From a virus (taxonomy: Duplodnaviria > Caudoviricetes): a stretch of DNA of 42,639 bases. Location of the stretch: the IMG/VR virus record IMGVR_UViG_3300025687_000095, positions 1 through 42,639 of that record; one strand, written 5' to 3'. The translations under genes and the position numbers were made by a program. A model generated the notes under the pieces. The model saw only the letters and a program-made list of their open reading frames with translations. It ran no database searches and was not told the DNA's origin. The first letter of the stretch is position 1. Every line of letters starts with the position of its first letter. Shown one piece after another: positions 28,201-36,875 of the stretch.

Positions 28201-31200
28201 CAGGGTAGTCAAACCCAAGCCAATCATCGGCGTCCAGGGCACGAAGAATGCGCTCTTTGCCTGCAGAAAATTCGCCCGCTTCGACCATCTCCATGACCTC
28301 GGCCATGTCTGCATCTTCAGGGAGGACATTCAAGAACTCGTCGCGAATCTGACGATAAGTACGATTGCGGCTCACCCCATCCAAATACTTATTACCGCGA
28401 ATGCCGAGCGTCTTGAGGTATTCCGATGCCGCCTTGGCCGAACCCTCCTGGTCTTCCAACAATGCGTAAATATCGGAACCTAGCGGATCGCCTTCCAAGG
28501 CCAATTCGCTAAGTGCGGCGCGTACTTGTTCAGACTGCGCGCTTAGCGGCTCATCCAGAAGTAAGTATTCGTTCTCGCTTGGAGCCAGGTCGACTTGATA
28601 GAGTGTGCCGTAGGCATTGATTTCCTTGCCGCTACGATCAAAACCCTTCAGGTTTTCACGCGTAATGCTATTGGCAAAATCGATTGCCGCTTGATTAAAG
28701 CCATTGTAATCACTGACGTACTCTTGAATTTCTTCCGGCGTTCTACCCTGGAGAATTTCTTCCAGGACCGAAGCGCGCTGATATTGCTCTTGGCGAATGG
28801 CCTGCTTATGCAGGGCGCCTACGTCTTCACCATTCAAAGTGTACGACGCGGCCCGCTTGGCAAGTTTCTTCTGATACCACGCGCCGATCTCACGACGACT
28901 GGCAAAATACAGACCCCAGCCAAACGTCTGATTACCCTCGCCGGTGCCCACATTGTCGGTACTGAACGCGTCGACTTCATGCGGGGTGCCGTGCCAGGCG
29001 ACCATGAACCGTGGGCGTTTTGCATCACGGCTGGCGTCCTTCACCCAAGCGCGGTCAACTGAACGCAAAACATGCGCCAAGTCTTTGTCGTTGAACTTTG
29101 TAAGATTGCTGAAACCGAGCTTGCGCATGGCATTGCGCACCCAGCCAATGAATGCGCGAATGGAGTCACGCACCTTTTCCGGCAACGTGCGATACGCTTT
29201 TTCACCCTGAGCAAGCGCAATAAACTCGTCGATCAAATAGCCACGACGTTGCTGCCCATCCATTTTACCCTGCGCACCGAGCTTTCTGGCAGTTTCGTAA
29301 TACGGCTCCATGCGATCGGCAATGCCCAATTGCTCAGCCCATTGACGCACACCCTGCTCGCCGCCCAGTTGCGACCACAGGCGCTGATGCTCGCGCTTGA
29401 TTTGATCCCCAAACAGACTGCGCTGTCCCAAATGCGCACCTTCGTGCAGCATTGTTTCTTCAACCTGCGCCTCACTGGTCATCCGGTTTGCGACGATGTA
29501 CATTTTCCCATCATGCATAACCGCAAGAATTTCACCGCGCGCACTATCCTCGTTCGCCTGCTTCAGTATCTCAGCGGGAAGCGCAGATTCCGTGCGAACG
29601 ACGCGGACCGGACCACGGCCATCAGCGACGTTGACCCTGCGGCCAAACTTTCTGGACGCGATCTTTTCGGCGACCGATATTACGAGTTCTACACCAATCG
29701 CGGTTGGCGCCCCTCGATCCGTGACGACGCCAGGCTCCGTTCTGGAGAACCAGGTACCTCTTGACTCCAGGGTTTCCTTCGCCGTGCTATCAAGTGCTTC
29801 GGCACCCGAAATGATCGTACCGCTCGCACTAACCTCAAACGCATCTAACATGCGCACTAAACCAGCACTGTTAGAAGCGTTATTGTTCAGGAAATTCACC
29901 AGGTTTTTAGCTGCAGCAATGTCTGCCACCTGGTACTTCAAAATGGCACCGTTTGCATTGGTGCGATCAACCGCCTGGTAAATTCGATTGACTTGATCGT
30001 TGTCACGCAGGCGCGCCATTTCATCCGGCGTCATACTCAACACACCCACGACCTGGTTGCGATTGTCGAGCAAGACCAGTGCATTGTCGGATTCCAGTGA
30101 TTCAATTACGGCATAGGCAGAGCGCGGATTAGTGATCTTATCCAGCTCCTTTTTCGGGAGCCGGGAAACCTTACGCTCAGTGACCGAAACATCGCGACGA
30201 CGCAGACGCGGCATGATTTGTATCATTTCGCCGGAATTGGTGTCTTCTGTGAAAAACCAAGTGCTGCTATTACCAAGGCCAAGGACCACGTGCCCCTTCA
30301 ATTCCACGCCCGTACCGTCTAACCAACGTTTAACCACGGCTGTGATGTTGTAATCCGCTCTACTTGCGGTCGGATCGCCAGAGGGGTGGTTATGGGCAAG
30401 ATACACTTGCGCCGCGCCTTCGACTGAAGCGACGGCAGGCGCCAGGACGGATGGGTAGACGGTCGCCTCGTCCTTACCGCCGATGGTATGACGCTGGACA
30501 TCCAAGATGTTTCCGTCTTTATCCAACACCAACGCGGCCATTTGCTCTTGGCCCAGTCGACGTAGGTACGACAGAACGTGAGCGGCTTCTTCCGGGGTGG
30601 TTACCCGATCAACGCCGATTTTTAGGGTTTGGGTGGGGACACGTCGGAAGGTGAGGTTGAACTGGTCGCGGGCTTCTTCTCGGGCGTGACGTACGTCGGC
30701 GGCGGGGTCGAAGTCGAAAGCCCCTTGTTCAGGGGATACCTTTTCGTTCCCCTCTTGGACCGATACGGTGTTGCTTGCTCGCTCATTGTCCTGATTGTAG
30801 CCCTGTTGGGTTTCATATAAAGCTACGCCGCGGTCCGTCTCTTTGGACTCGATAACGTCAAAGAAACGGTCAAAGCCGTCGACAATGCTCTGCACCTCAC
30901 TGTCTATCGGGTACGGATAGGCGTCTGAGATGTCATCCATGCTCAGCAGGGCTGCATCAATCCACGCATGATTATCGACAATGTTTGCCAGGTAGTCGTT
31001 GCGGTAGCCCTTTTCTCTCAGACGCTGGATCAGATACGCCTCAAATGCACGGGCGGTCATCTCAACTTTTGTCGACCAGTACGGTGCGCTACGGAATTTG
31101 TCGAGAGTCTTTGAGCGCGCGGGCATGTCCGTTTCGTTCACGGCTTTAAGCACATCGCCAAATGCCTGAACCATTTCAGGACGCACTGCGCCAGTGTCAC

Positions 31201-34200
31201 CAACTGGATTGCCGAGCGACGCGCTCATCACATCACGTGCATCCCCGGTCATGTATCCATCAGCGCGCTCACGCATGCGCGAGAAATAATTGTCCAGGGC
31301 ATGCCACCATTCATGCCCGAGGCTACCTGCGCCGGACTTCTTGGTGAGATTGATCACAACCTTGCCTGGTTCGTAGTGCGCAGCGGCAGCATTTTTGCCG
31401 CCGATACCACGAGCACCAAACGCAATTGCCAATTCACCATTCAGCGAAATGGCCTTGGGCGGAATATCTAGCAGCGATGCCATATCCAGGAGCGCGTCGT
31501 ATGCTTCGTTTAATGACTCCTGGCGTTTTTTGTTTTCAACCCAATTGCCAAACTCTACGCCACGGAAACCAAACGTTTCTGCAAATTGATCCGGAGTGAC
31601 GTCCAGTCCACCACGCAAGTCGGCACCGACACGGGGTTGGTTTTCTTTGTTACGCTCAAACGGCACCTCACGAAGGTTCTTATAGTCCTGTTCGAGCTGG
31701 GCTTGGTTATCCTTAATATATTGGAATGCAAGTTTGGCTTCGTCGAACGGACCCTTGACCCAAACCAGGGCCTTGCCACTTTTACGTCCAATCCAAATTT
31801 CTTTGTTTCGATCGCCGCGTTTGTACACACTGAATTCCAATGGCTTCTTGGCCACTGGGTTCTTTTTGAACTGCTCAAACCGATCAATAAACTTTTGAAT
31901 CGCTTCCTCGCGGGTGTCGCCTTCCGCCAGGATGCTCGGCATGTTGGAGAACATGGACGCGCCGCCGCGTTTGTTCTCAACGGTCCAAATGGTTTTGGCA
32001 GGGCTGTAGCGTACGCCGTTGTGTACGGAATACTGCGCAGAACTAACACGGATATTGGCCAGGGAAACGTCATGGCCGACACGCTGGTACAGCTCGGCCA
32101 GGGCATCTATTTCGCCACTGGTAGCGAGTACAGTCCGTGCGCGCTCCGGCGGCAACTCCATGAGCTGCGTTGTGAGGTTACGCGCCATTTGCACGGATTC
32201 GACCCAGCGACGTAGCTTGTAGCCTTTGCGCGGCTTTGCCGGGATGGAATCTCGGATGGCGCGAATCGATGCGACGATATACGGGTCCGTGCCCGCATCC
32301 AAAAGCCCCTGGTAATTCGGCACAGGGAATGATTTTGAAAGCGGCTGGGACTCAACGTCTAAATCGCCAGCGCGAGTGAACGAATCTTTAAAACCCGACC
32401 ACACGTCTTTACGTGCGCCGCCGATCTTTTCACCAAAGTCGGTAATGGGCGCGGCGCTCCTTGCAGACGGCGCTGCCGGAGCGACTGCGCTCAGAGCGCG
32501 CTCTTGATCGTCGGGGTGCTCCGCCTTGATCTTTTCACGAATGTCTTCGCCGCGCTTGTACTTGATCCCTAGTACCTCACCGGCCTTAACGGCATCGGCG
32601 TCGCTTAGCGCGTCAATCTTTGGATCGAGCACCGCATGGCGTGCCGCCAGGTCCTGTGCTGCTGCCGGAGCGGAACCTCCACGGTCAATGAACTCTACCT
32701 GCGAAGGATCAAACACCATGGCTTCAACATCGCCATTGGCATAGCGCAGTACAACACCATCGTAGCCCTGCTTTTGAAGCTCGCGCTTATCCAATTCACG
32801 CTGGGTAAAACGTTTCCAGTCGGTATCGTTTTCTCCGCTCAATTCCAGTGGGTTTTGCAGCAGTAAATACGCTTCGCGGACAGTGGCTTCACCGCCAAAA
32901 TCCGCTTTTACGTCGGCATAACCCGCGGCATAGTCTTTGTCTGAAGAGAAATACGCACCGTCTTGTTCGCTCATGTTGAATTGATCGAACGTAGCGTTTG
33001 TGCCGTGGTACATAACCACCGGGGTACCGTCTGCCTTGGATGCCAATCGGGGTTTTGCAGCGCGCGCTGCATCTACCAAGTCGACCTGGGCAGGGTTTGC
33101 ATCCGCAGGGAGATTGGAGCCAGTTAGGCTAAATTGATCGCGTTCGGCATCCGCCGCATCGCGTTGTGATTGCGCCAGGTCCGCTTCGGCCTGCGCGTTT
33201 TGCGCCGCTACTTGGCGGTCGAGGTCGGCTTGGGTGTACGAATTGAGCGATAGAGCGAGCGGATCGTTTTCTGCACTTCCGCTTGCTTCTTCTTGACGGC
33301 TCGCAAAAAGATCAGGGTTCGCTGAAACTTCTCCTGGTCCTGCGCGATCATTGCCTTGGTCAAGTCCAAGGCCACGGCTTTGCGCAGCTTCGTCAGGTTG
33401 ACCTCCAAATTCCCCAGTTTGTAGAGATTCGGATGGGCGGCCATATCGGCCTGGATTTGCTCGATCGTCAGCTTGCTCATTTCGTCCACTCTCAAGAAGT
33501 TCAAACAGTTTACCTGCAACCACGGCGTCTGAGTCATTACGCTCAAAAAGCCCTTCCACCTGGCTCTCAAGCCCCTCCGCAACCGCGCGCTGGCGCAGCT
33601 CGTCTAGAGTCAGCGCAGTGGTAACCTCAAGCTCCGGATCGAAATCAGCGCTTTCATACTCATCCAGGGCATCGACCAATTCCGCGGCCTCAATGGGCGG
33701 AATCCCCGCATCGCGCGACTCCAAATCCTCCAGGGCTGCAGCCTGCTGCGGGATGAACATCCCTGCAACACCGCCGTCCATTTCATCCAGTACGCTGGAG
33801 ACAATCGCCACCTGGCGTTCGGTTAGGCCGGTGTCTCCCGCCGCAGCACGATCCACCAGGTTCAGCAAATCTTTGCGGCTGATGTCTTCGCCCAGGTTTT
33901 GGACCCATTGTGGGTTGACCGACTTGGTGCGAATTGTGTCGCCGCCAAAATCGTAATTCAGGTCGCCGGTTTCGGAAGTGCGCTGTGCGCCTTGCGCCGG
34001 GATGACTGAAATTCCGCCGCCCGGTACCCAATTTTGCTCGACAAAACCGCGCAAACTGTCGCGATAGTTGCCATAGGCCAAACGGGAATCGACGTATTCC
34101 GTAGGCATTTCTGCAGACGTTCCATAAAACGCACGCACCAGTCGCTCTTTCAGGACCGACTTACGGCCCAAGACTGGGAGTCCGTTGTCTTTCGCCACGG

Positions 34201-35965
34201 CTTGAAGTTCTTTCAAGCCCATCGCATCCAGCTCAGCGAACGACGGAACATTGACCAGGGGTGCAGTCTGCGCGGAAAGCGGCTCGGTGACCGTCGCGTC
34301 ATCGATCGCCGGGGTTTCGTCAGCAAGGTCGTTTAAGGCTTCTGCTGCCCGCTGTGCCTGGAGTTCATTGCTCAGCTCGCCGGTATCGACCGGGGCAATT
34401 GCAGGCATTTCATCTGCTGTAAACGCGGCCCGTGCATCTTCACGCGCTTTGACGCGAGCGGGGTCCGCCAGGATTGCCGCCTGCTCCTCTTTGGCGTTTT
34501 TCAGCGCACGATTGAGGCTGGCTTTAATCTCTTTGCGGTCGATCCCAATGTCGTTGTATTCCGGCGCAGTGTCGACCGTTTTCAGCTCTTCACGAATGGC
34601 CGCAATGCGCTGTTCCGGATCAAGATTCGTAAACCAATCGTCACTCAATGTGATGGGGTCAACCGCGGCCGCGGCTTCTGGCGCAATTTCCGGCGCCACG
34701 CCTGCCAAGGCGGCGTCGAGTGCGTCGCCGGCATCGGTTTGATCCAGTTCTTGCGCCAGGTTTGATTCTTGCGCGATCACATCTTCCGGCGTACTGGTAC
34801 CGGGATCGTGAATAGGCGCATCGGTCGGCGCGCGTTGCCCTTGGCGGGCAGCCCAGGTGGAGGTGGCAATATCGCCAAACCCGCCAGGCCCCATTTCTAA
34901 GGCGACTTCAAGGCCAACTTCTTCTGGATCAACTTTGCCTGTCGCTAAATATTGCCCTTGAATCTCACCCCCGGCCGCACCTGTAACTTGCGCACCCATG
35001 GCGGCGGTGCCGCGCGTTGCAGTCGAGAGCGGACCTTGCGCATTTTTAAGCAATTTGATGCCGAGCAAATTTGCAGTCGCGTCCCAGGCTGCAATCGACA
35101 AGCCCTTAGTGGATGCGCGATCCAACATGTCTTCACGTACAGTTGGGTCATTTAATGCCGCAGCAATTTGCGCCGGGTCTTCAGGGTTGCCACCACGCTC
35201 ACGAATAAATTCGCGAATTTGTGCGCCCGTTTCAATCAAATACGAGCCAAGCGCAGTACCGGCAAAGAATCCGGTTGTACCGCCGATCGCTGCACCTGGG
35301 CCACCACCGATAAGCGCGCCGGTTCCAGCACCGGCTTTTGCACCGGCAATCCCTGGTGCCCACGTACCGATCAGATTTGCAGCTTGCTCTGAGGTGGCAT
35401 AGAGAAACCCTTCCGGATTGGTAACCCCTTCGAGTAAGGTTTCACCGAGGAAGTCGATGGCCTCAAGTGCCGCAGTACCGTAGTTACCCTTTTTCCAGGC
35501 ATCCCCAACCTGTACGGCTTCTTCGCCAATAACTTCGTAATACGAATTCAGTTCTTCAGGGCGATCGTATGGCCTTGCAGCATTGGCAATGACATTGACC
35601 AATTGGGACTTGGACTCTTCATCCAAATTGTCCCATTGCCCGGTTGCCAACAAGGCAGCGTAGTTGGCTTTTGCCTGATCAAGCCCTTCAACAACTAAGC
35701 GCCCTGTATTGCCAAAAACCCCTAATTCTTTAGTGGGGTCTTTCTCAGGTAAACCTGCCCAAAGCCGTGCCTGCCCCTCTTCCTCTTCACGCGACATACG
35801 AAAATCGCGATCACCCTGAATCCAGTTTGAGACGTTGCTTAATGTGTTGGAGGTTTCAACAGGCTGGACGTCTTCGGGAATCAGATCATCGAATGCGCCA
35901 GAAACAGAAACGCCACCTGATTCGGTGGCGTTGTTGGGGATGAGGTCATCGAATATTGACGGCAT
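25202..35965 (-). CDS. Giant polyvalent internal virion (ejected) protein
   Basis: 3587 aa, AAGGA RBS; Gly/Ala hydrophobic N-region, SAP-like motif, two ART-like domains, LPD5/LPD1-like region with HEWWH, JAB HNHPSG, HEGAH peptidase; last gene of the ejection cluster. Confidence 0.85.
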   Translation of the reverse strand: MPSIFDDLIPNNATESGGVSVSGAFDDLIPEDVQPVETSNTLSNVSNWIQGDRDFRMSREEEEGQARLWAGLPEKDPTKELGVFGNTGRLVVEGLDQAKANYAALLATGQWDNLDEESKSQLVNVIANAARPYDRPEELNSYYEVIGEEAVQVGDAWKKGNYGTAALEAIDFLGETLLEGVTNPEGFLYATSEQAANLIGTWAPGIAGAKAGAGTGALIGGGPGAAIGGTTGFFAGTALGSYLIETGAQIREFIRERGGNPEDPAQIAAALNDPTVREDMLDRASTKGLSIAAWDATANLLGIKLLKNAQGPLSTATRGTAAMGAQVTGAAGGEIQGQYLATGKVDPEEVGLEVALEMGPGGFGDIATSTWAARQGQRAPTDAPIHDPGTSTPEDVIAQESNLAQELDQTDAGDALDAALAGVAPEIAPEAAAAVDPITLSDDWFTNLDPEQRIAAIREELKTVDTAPEYNDIGIDRKEIKASLNRALKNAKEEQAAILADPARVKAREDARAAFTADEMPAIAPVDTGELSNELQAQRAAEALNDLADETPAIDDATVTEPLSAQTAPLVNVPSFAELDAMGLKELQAVAKDNGLPVLGRKSVLKERLVRAFYGTSAEMPTEYVDSRLAYGNYRDSLRGFVEQNWVPGGGISVIPAQGAQRTSETGDLNYDFGGDTIRTKSVNPQWVQNLGEDISRKDLLNLVDRAAAGDTGLTERQVAIVSSVLDEMDGGVAGMFIPQQAAALEDLESRDAGIPPIEAAELVDALDEYESADFDPELEVTTALTLDELRQRAVAEGLESQVEGLFERNDSDAVVAGKLFELLESGRNEQADDRANPGRYGRPSESLQTGEFGGQPDEAAQSRGLGLDQGNDRAGPGEVSANPDLFASRQEEASGSAENDPLALSLNSYTQADLDRQVAAQNAQAEADLAQSQRDAADAERDQFSLTGSNLPADANPAQVDLVDAARAAKPRLASKADGTPVVMYHGTNATFDQFNMSEQDGAYFSSDKDYAAGYADVKADFGGEATVREAYLLLQNPLELSGENDTDWKRFTQRELDKRELQKQGYDGVVLRYANGDVEAMVFDPSQVEFIDRGGSAPAAAQDLAARHAVLDPKIDALSDADAVKAGEVLGIKYKRGEDIREKIKAEHPDDQERALSAVAPAAPSARSAAPITDFGEKIGGARKDVWSGFKDSFTRAGDLDVESQPLSKSFPVPNYQGLLDAGTDPYIVASIRAIRDSIPAKPRKGYKLRRWVESVQMARNLTTQLMELPPERARTVLATSGEIDALAELYQRVGHDVSLANIRVSSAQYSVHNGVRYSPAKTIWTVENKRGGASMFSNMPSILAEGDTREEAIQKFIDRFEQFKKNPVAKKPLEFSVYKRGDRNKEIWIGRKSGKALVWVKGPFDEAKLAFQYIKDNQAQLEQDYKNLREVPFERNKENQPRVGADLRGGLDVTPDQFAETFGFRGVEFGNWVENKKRQESLNEAYDALLDMASLLDIPPKAISLNGELAIAFGARGIGGKNAAAAHYEPGKVVINLTKKSGAGSLGHEWWHALDNYFSRMRERADGYMTGDARDVMSASLGNPVGDTGAVRPEMVQAFGDVLKAVNETDMPARSKTLDKFRSAPYWSTKVEMTARAFEAYLIQRLREKGYRNDYLANIVDNHAWIDAALLSMDDISDAYPYPIDSEVQSIVDGFDRFFDVIESKETDRGVALYETQQGYNQDNERASNTVSVQEGNEKVSPEQGAFDFDPAADVRHAREEARDQFNLTFRRVPTQTLKIGVDRVTTPEEAAHVLSYLRRLGQEQMAALVLDKDGNILDVQRHTIGGKDEATVYPSVLAPAVASVEGAAQVYLAHNHPSGDPTASRADYNITAVVKRWLDGTGVELKGHVVLGLGNSSTWFFTEDTNSGEMIQIMPRLRRRDVSVTERKVSRLPKKELDKITNPRSAYAVIESLESDNALVLLDNRNQVVGVLSMTPDEMARLRDNDQVNRIYQAVDRTNANGAILKYQVADIAAAKNLVNFLNNNASNSAGLVRMLDAFEVSASGTIISGAEALDSTAKETLESRGTWFSRTEPGVVTDRGAPTAIGVELVISVAEKIASRKFGRRVNVADGRGPVRVVRTESALPAEILKQANEDSARGEILAVMHDGKMYIVANRMTSEAQVEETMLHEGAHLGQRSLFGDQIKREHQRLWSQLGGEQGVRQWAEQLGIADRMEPYYETARKLGAQGKMDGQQRRGYLIDEFIALAQGEKAYRTLPEKVRDSIRAFIGWVRNAMRKLGFSNLTKFNDKDLAHVLRSVDRAWVKDASRDAKRPRFMVAWHGTPHEVDAFSTDNVGTGEGNQTFGWGLYFASRREIGAWYQKKLAKRAASYTLNGEDVGALHKQAIRQEQYQRASVLEEILQGRTPEEIQEYVSDYNGFNQAAIDFANSITRENLKGFDRSGKEINAYGTLYQVDLAPSENEYLLLDEPLSAQSEQVRAALSELALEGDPLGSDIYALLEDQEGSAKAASEYLKTLGIRGNKYLDGVSRNRTYRQIRDEFLNVLPEDADMAEVMEMVEAGEFSAGKERILRALDADDWLGFDYPAQAITAALADNISRYDASRELIDAIREERTGGTYNYVIFDGADVEITARFARKPKTTKNQNSRNTTTVFIGRDADGKDITVQSDHPSLKDKSKLASGFKRLFFKEGLLGDEAFQRSIESMGMKNRDEINIEFYVADFLDNVKKTLGKPYEKLSDAEKLMLNAALQGDPVKLAPGLRASIDLMRTSVDMLSSRLQQATLDEVRYRLEDLSPKRKNEALAVIAKAVRGEEVAEEEWAAIDPIVGAKIRSYLTIEGNKGHYLNRSYQVFDDPTWPDKVAKDSATMDAARRYIEVSLDPDGEMDSVERADRVEGLINKILRVGVETGSMTAFMNSQQLGQKDLSIIRKRKDIAPEIRALMGEYKDARVNFVRTMSKLSWLVANHHFLKSIREDNLGVFLSKKESGRMSVQITASDRNTMAPLAGLYATPEFAQALKDAVEQDPLSGWFRFYLKINSSVKYGKTVLSPTTSARNFYSAFMFAFANGHFNYGYALKAAANTWSDLGIGKKNQNRRAYLAKLAEMGVLHDNPYAGELRALLDEVADMDTLKGSKPVRMTKEILNFATKVYRAGDDFHKIVGFENEKKSLMRSGIPEARAEELAAERIRNGYPTYSMVPKAIRWLRRFPLVGTFVSFPWEMMRTSWHLFGIMKEDIAMGRTAAATRRAAGLALAASAAQALSALTMAMFGIGDDDDEAIRKIAPEWQRNAQLMYLGFDDKGMPVYLDLSHLDPYTYLKGPVTALLNGNNKTAEDKLSDSIKTLLDPFLAPEITFQAITEVWNNQNEFGRKIYNEYDDTFTQTMKQVGYLFGVYPVTDKTGKLMPGFLTNLERTMKAALGEKSAAGRVFDLSDEALSWVGFRFTTLDMTTALKFRAMEFKDAKAEAGRPIRSVLTNPNIGGADRMANAYEQSRLLWEGNWREMIATVRAAKALRLSEQEIAESLLSANMSKADVARLLKGEIPKYVPSSTSLKNMRKQLIQGSENRSEMMREWIARMRALQVEVKNQK
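33208..33480 (-). CDS. Nested overprinted 90-aa basic helical protein (+1 frame of giant gene)
   Basis: MSKLTIEQIQADMAAHPNLYKLGNLEVNLTKLRKAVALDLTKAMIAQDQEKFQRTLIFLRAVKKKQAEVQKTIRSL...; GAGAGTGGA upstream of ATG; manual count GC3 56/70 in this frame versus 19/70 in the host frame. Confidence 0.65.
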   Translation of the reverse strand: MSKLTIEQIQADMAAHPNLYKLGNLEVNLTKLRKAVALDLTKAMIAQDQEKFQRTLIFLRAVKKKQAEVQKTIRSLYRSIRTPKPTSTAK

Positions 35966-36017
35966 GTCAGTTTCCTTTCATGGAGTTGCCGGGGTCTCGG
36001 ACCAATGTCCGGTTTTA

Positions 36018-36872
36018 TTAAAGGTCGTCAGTTGGAATTCCCATTTCCTTTAATCGTTGAATAACCAAGTTGCGGTTTGCGCCTTTTGCAATGGCGTCCT
36101 TGGCTTCTTCAATCGCTACTGCGGGGGATGGGAACAATGTATCCACGACCGAACGCTGTAACTCAGGACTCATCGTTCCAGACAGGTATTTCGATACATC
36201 TTTCCGGGTTCTTGGAATCAACCCGCCATCCATCTTGTTTTTAAGATCACTGATGACTTCTTCCGCGGAGGCAGAATCACGCATTCCCCACAAGTCCATG
36301 CCAGGGGGGTCATAACTCCCCTCTGCAACGTCTTTTTGAGTTGGGGTTTCGTCCAGGGTGTCTTTGGAGCTGAACGACATCTTGTACGCGTCCTGCATGG
36401 CTCCCGCCAAAGTCTTGTACTCGCCGGTCAAGTACAGTTGCTGCCCAAGGTCGGAAAGCTCCGCCGTACGCGCCTGGCGATCTTCACTAAACTCTGCCAT
36501 GAAGTTGTCACCGCCTAGCATCGTCTTGGCCATGGAAAACGCCTTGGTATTCAGCTCCTCAGCGTCGGAATAACCACCAAACCCACTTGAGCCTTTACCG
36601 GCCACCACCAAGCCTTCTTGTGTGTCATACAGACCATTGGCACCGATTGAGACGTAGCGGTCTTTCGGGTCAACAAATTCCTGGTCGATGGTTTTCTTTT
36701 CGCGATAGGTCGAAAGCTCCAGTTCGGCTTTGCTTTTATCGCGCTCTTTTTCCAATTCAGCGAGACGTGCATCACGATCCTTTTGAATCGCTTCTTTCCA
36801 CATCATCTCGCCACCTACGGCCAGTCCTTTGCCAAGGCCCGCTAATCCACCGAGCAAACCTGCACTTGCCAT
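36018..36872 (-). CDS. Internal virion / ejection protein
   Basis: 284 aa; N-terminal GLLGGLAGLGKGLA followed by a charged coiled coil; lies before the giant gene. Confidence 0.6.
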   Translation of the reverse strand: MASAGLLGGLAGLGKGLAVGGEMMWKEAIQKDRDARLAELEKERDKSKAELELSTYREKKTIDQEFVDPKDRYVSIGANGLYDTQEGLVVAGKGSSGFGGYSDAEELNTKAFSMAKTMLGGDNFMAEFSEDRQARTAELSDLGQQLYLTGEYKTLAGAMQDAYKMSFSSKDTLDETPTQKDVAEGSYDPPGMDLWGMRDSASAEEVISDLKNKMDGGLIPRTRKDVSKYLSGTMSPELQRSVVDTLFPSPAVAIEEAKDAIAKGANRNLVIQRLKEMGIPTDDL

Positions 36873-36875
36873 GAC

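Noticed and set aside
30622-30799. Second possible nested +1 ORF (ATG 30786, 54 aa) with TACAAT 7 nt upstream, before the JAB domain
   Set aside because: Peptide is S/T/P-rich like off-frame sequence and host-frame codons stay mostly G/C-ending, unlike 33208-33480. Worth rechecking only if ribosome profiling shows initiation.
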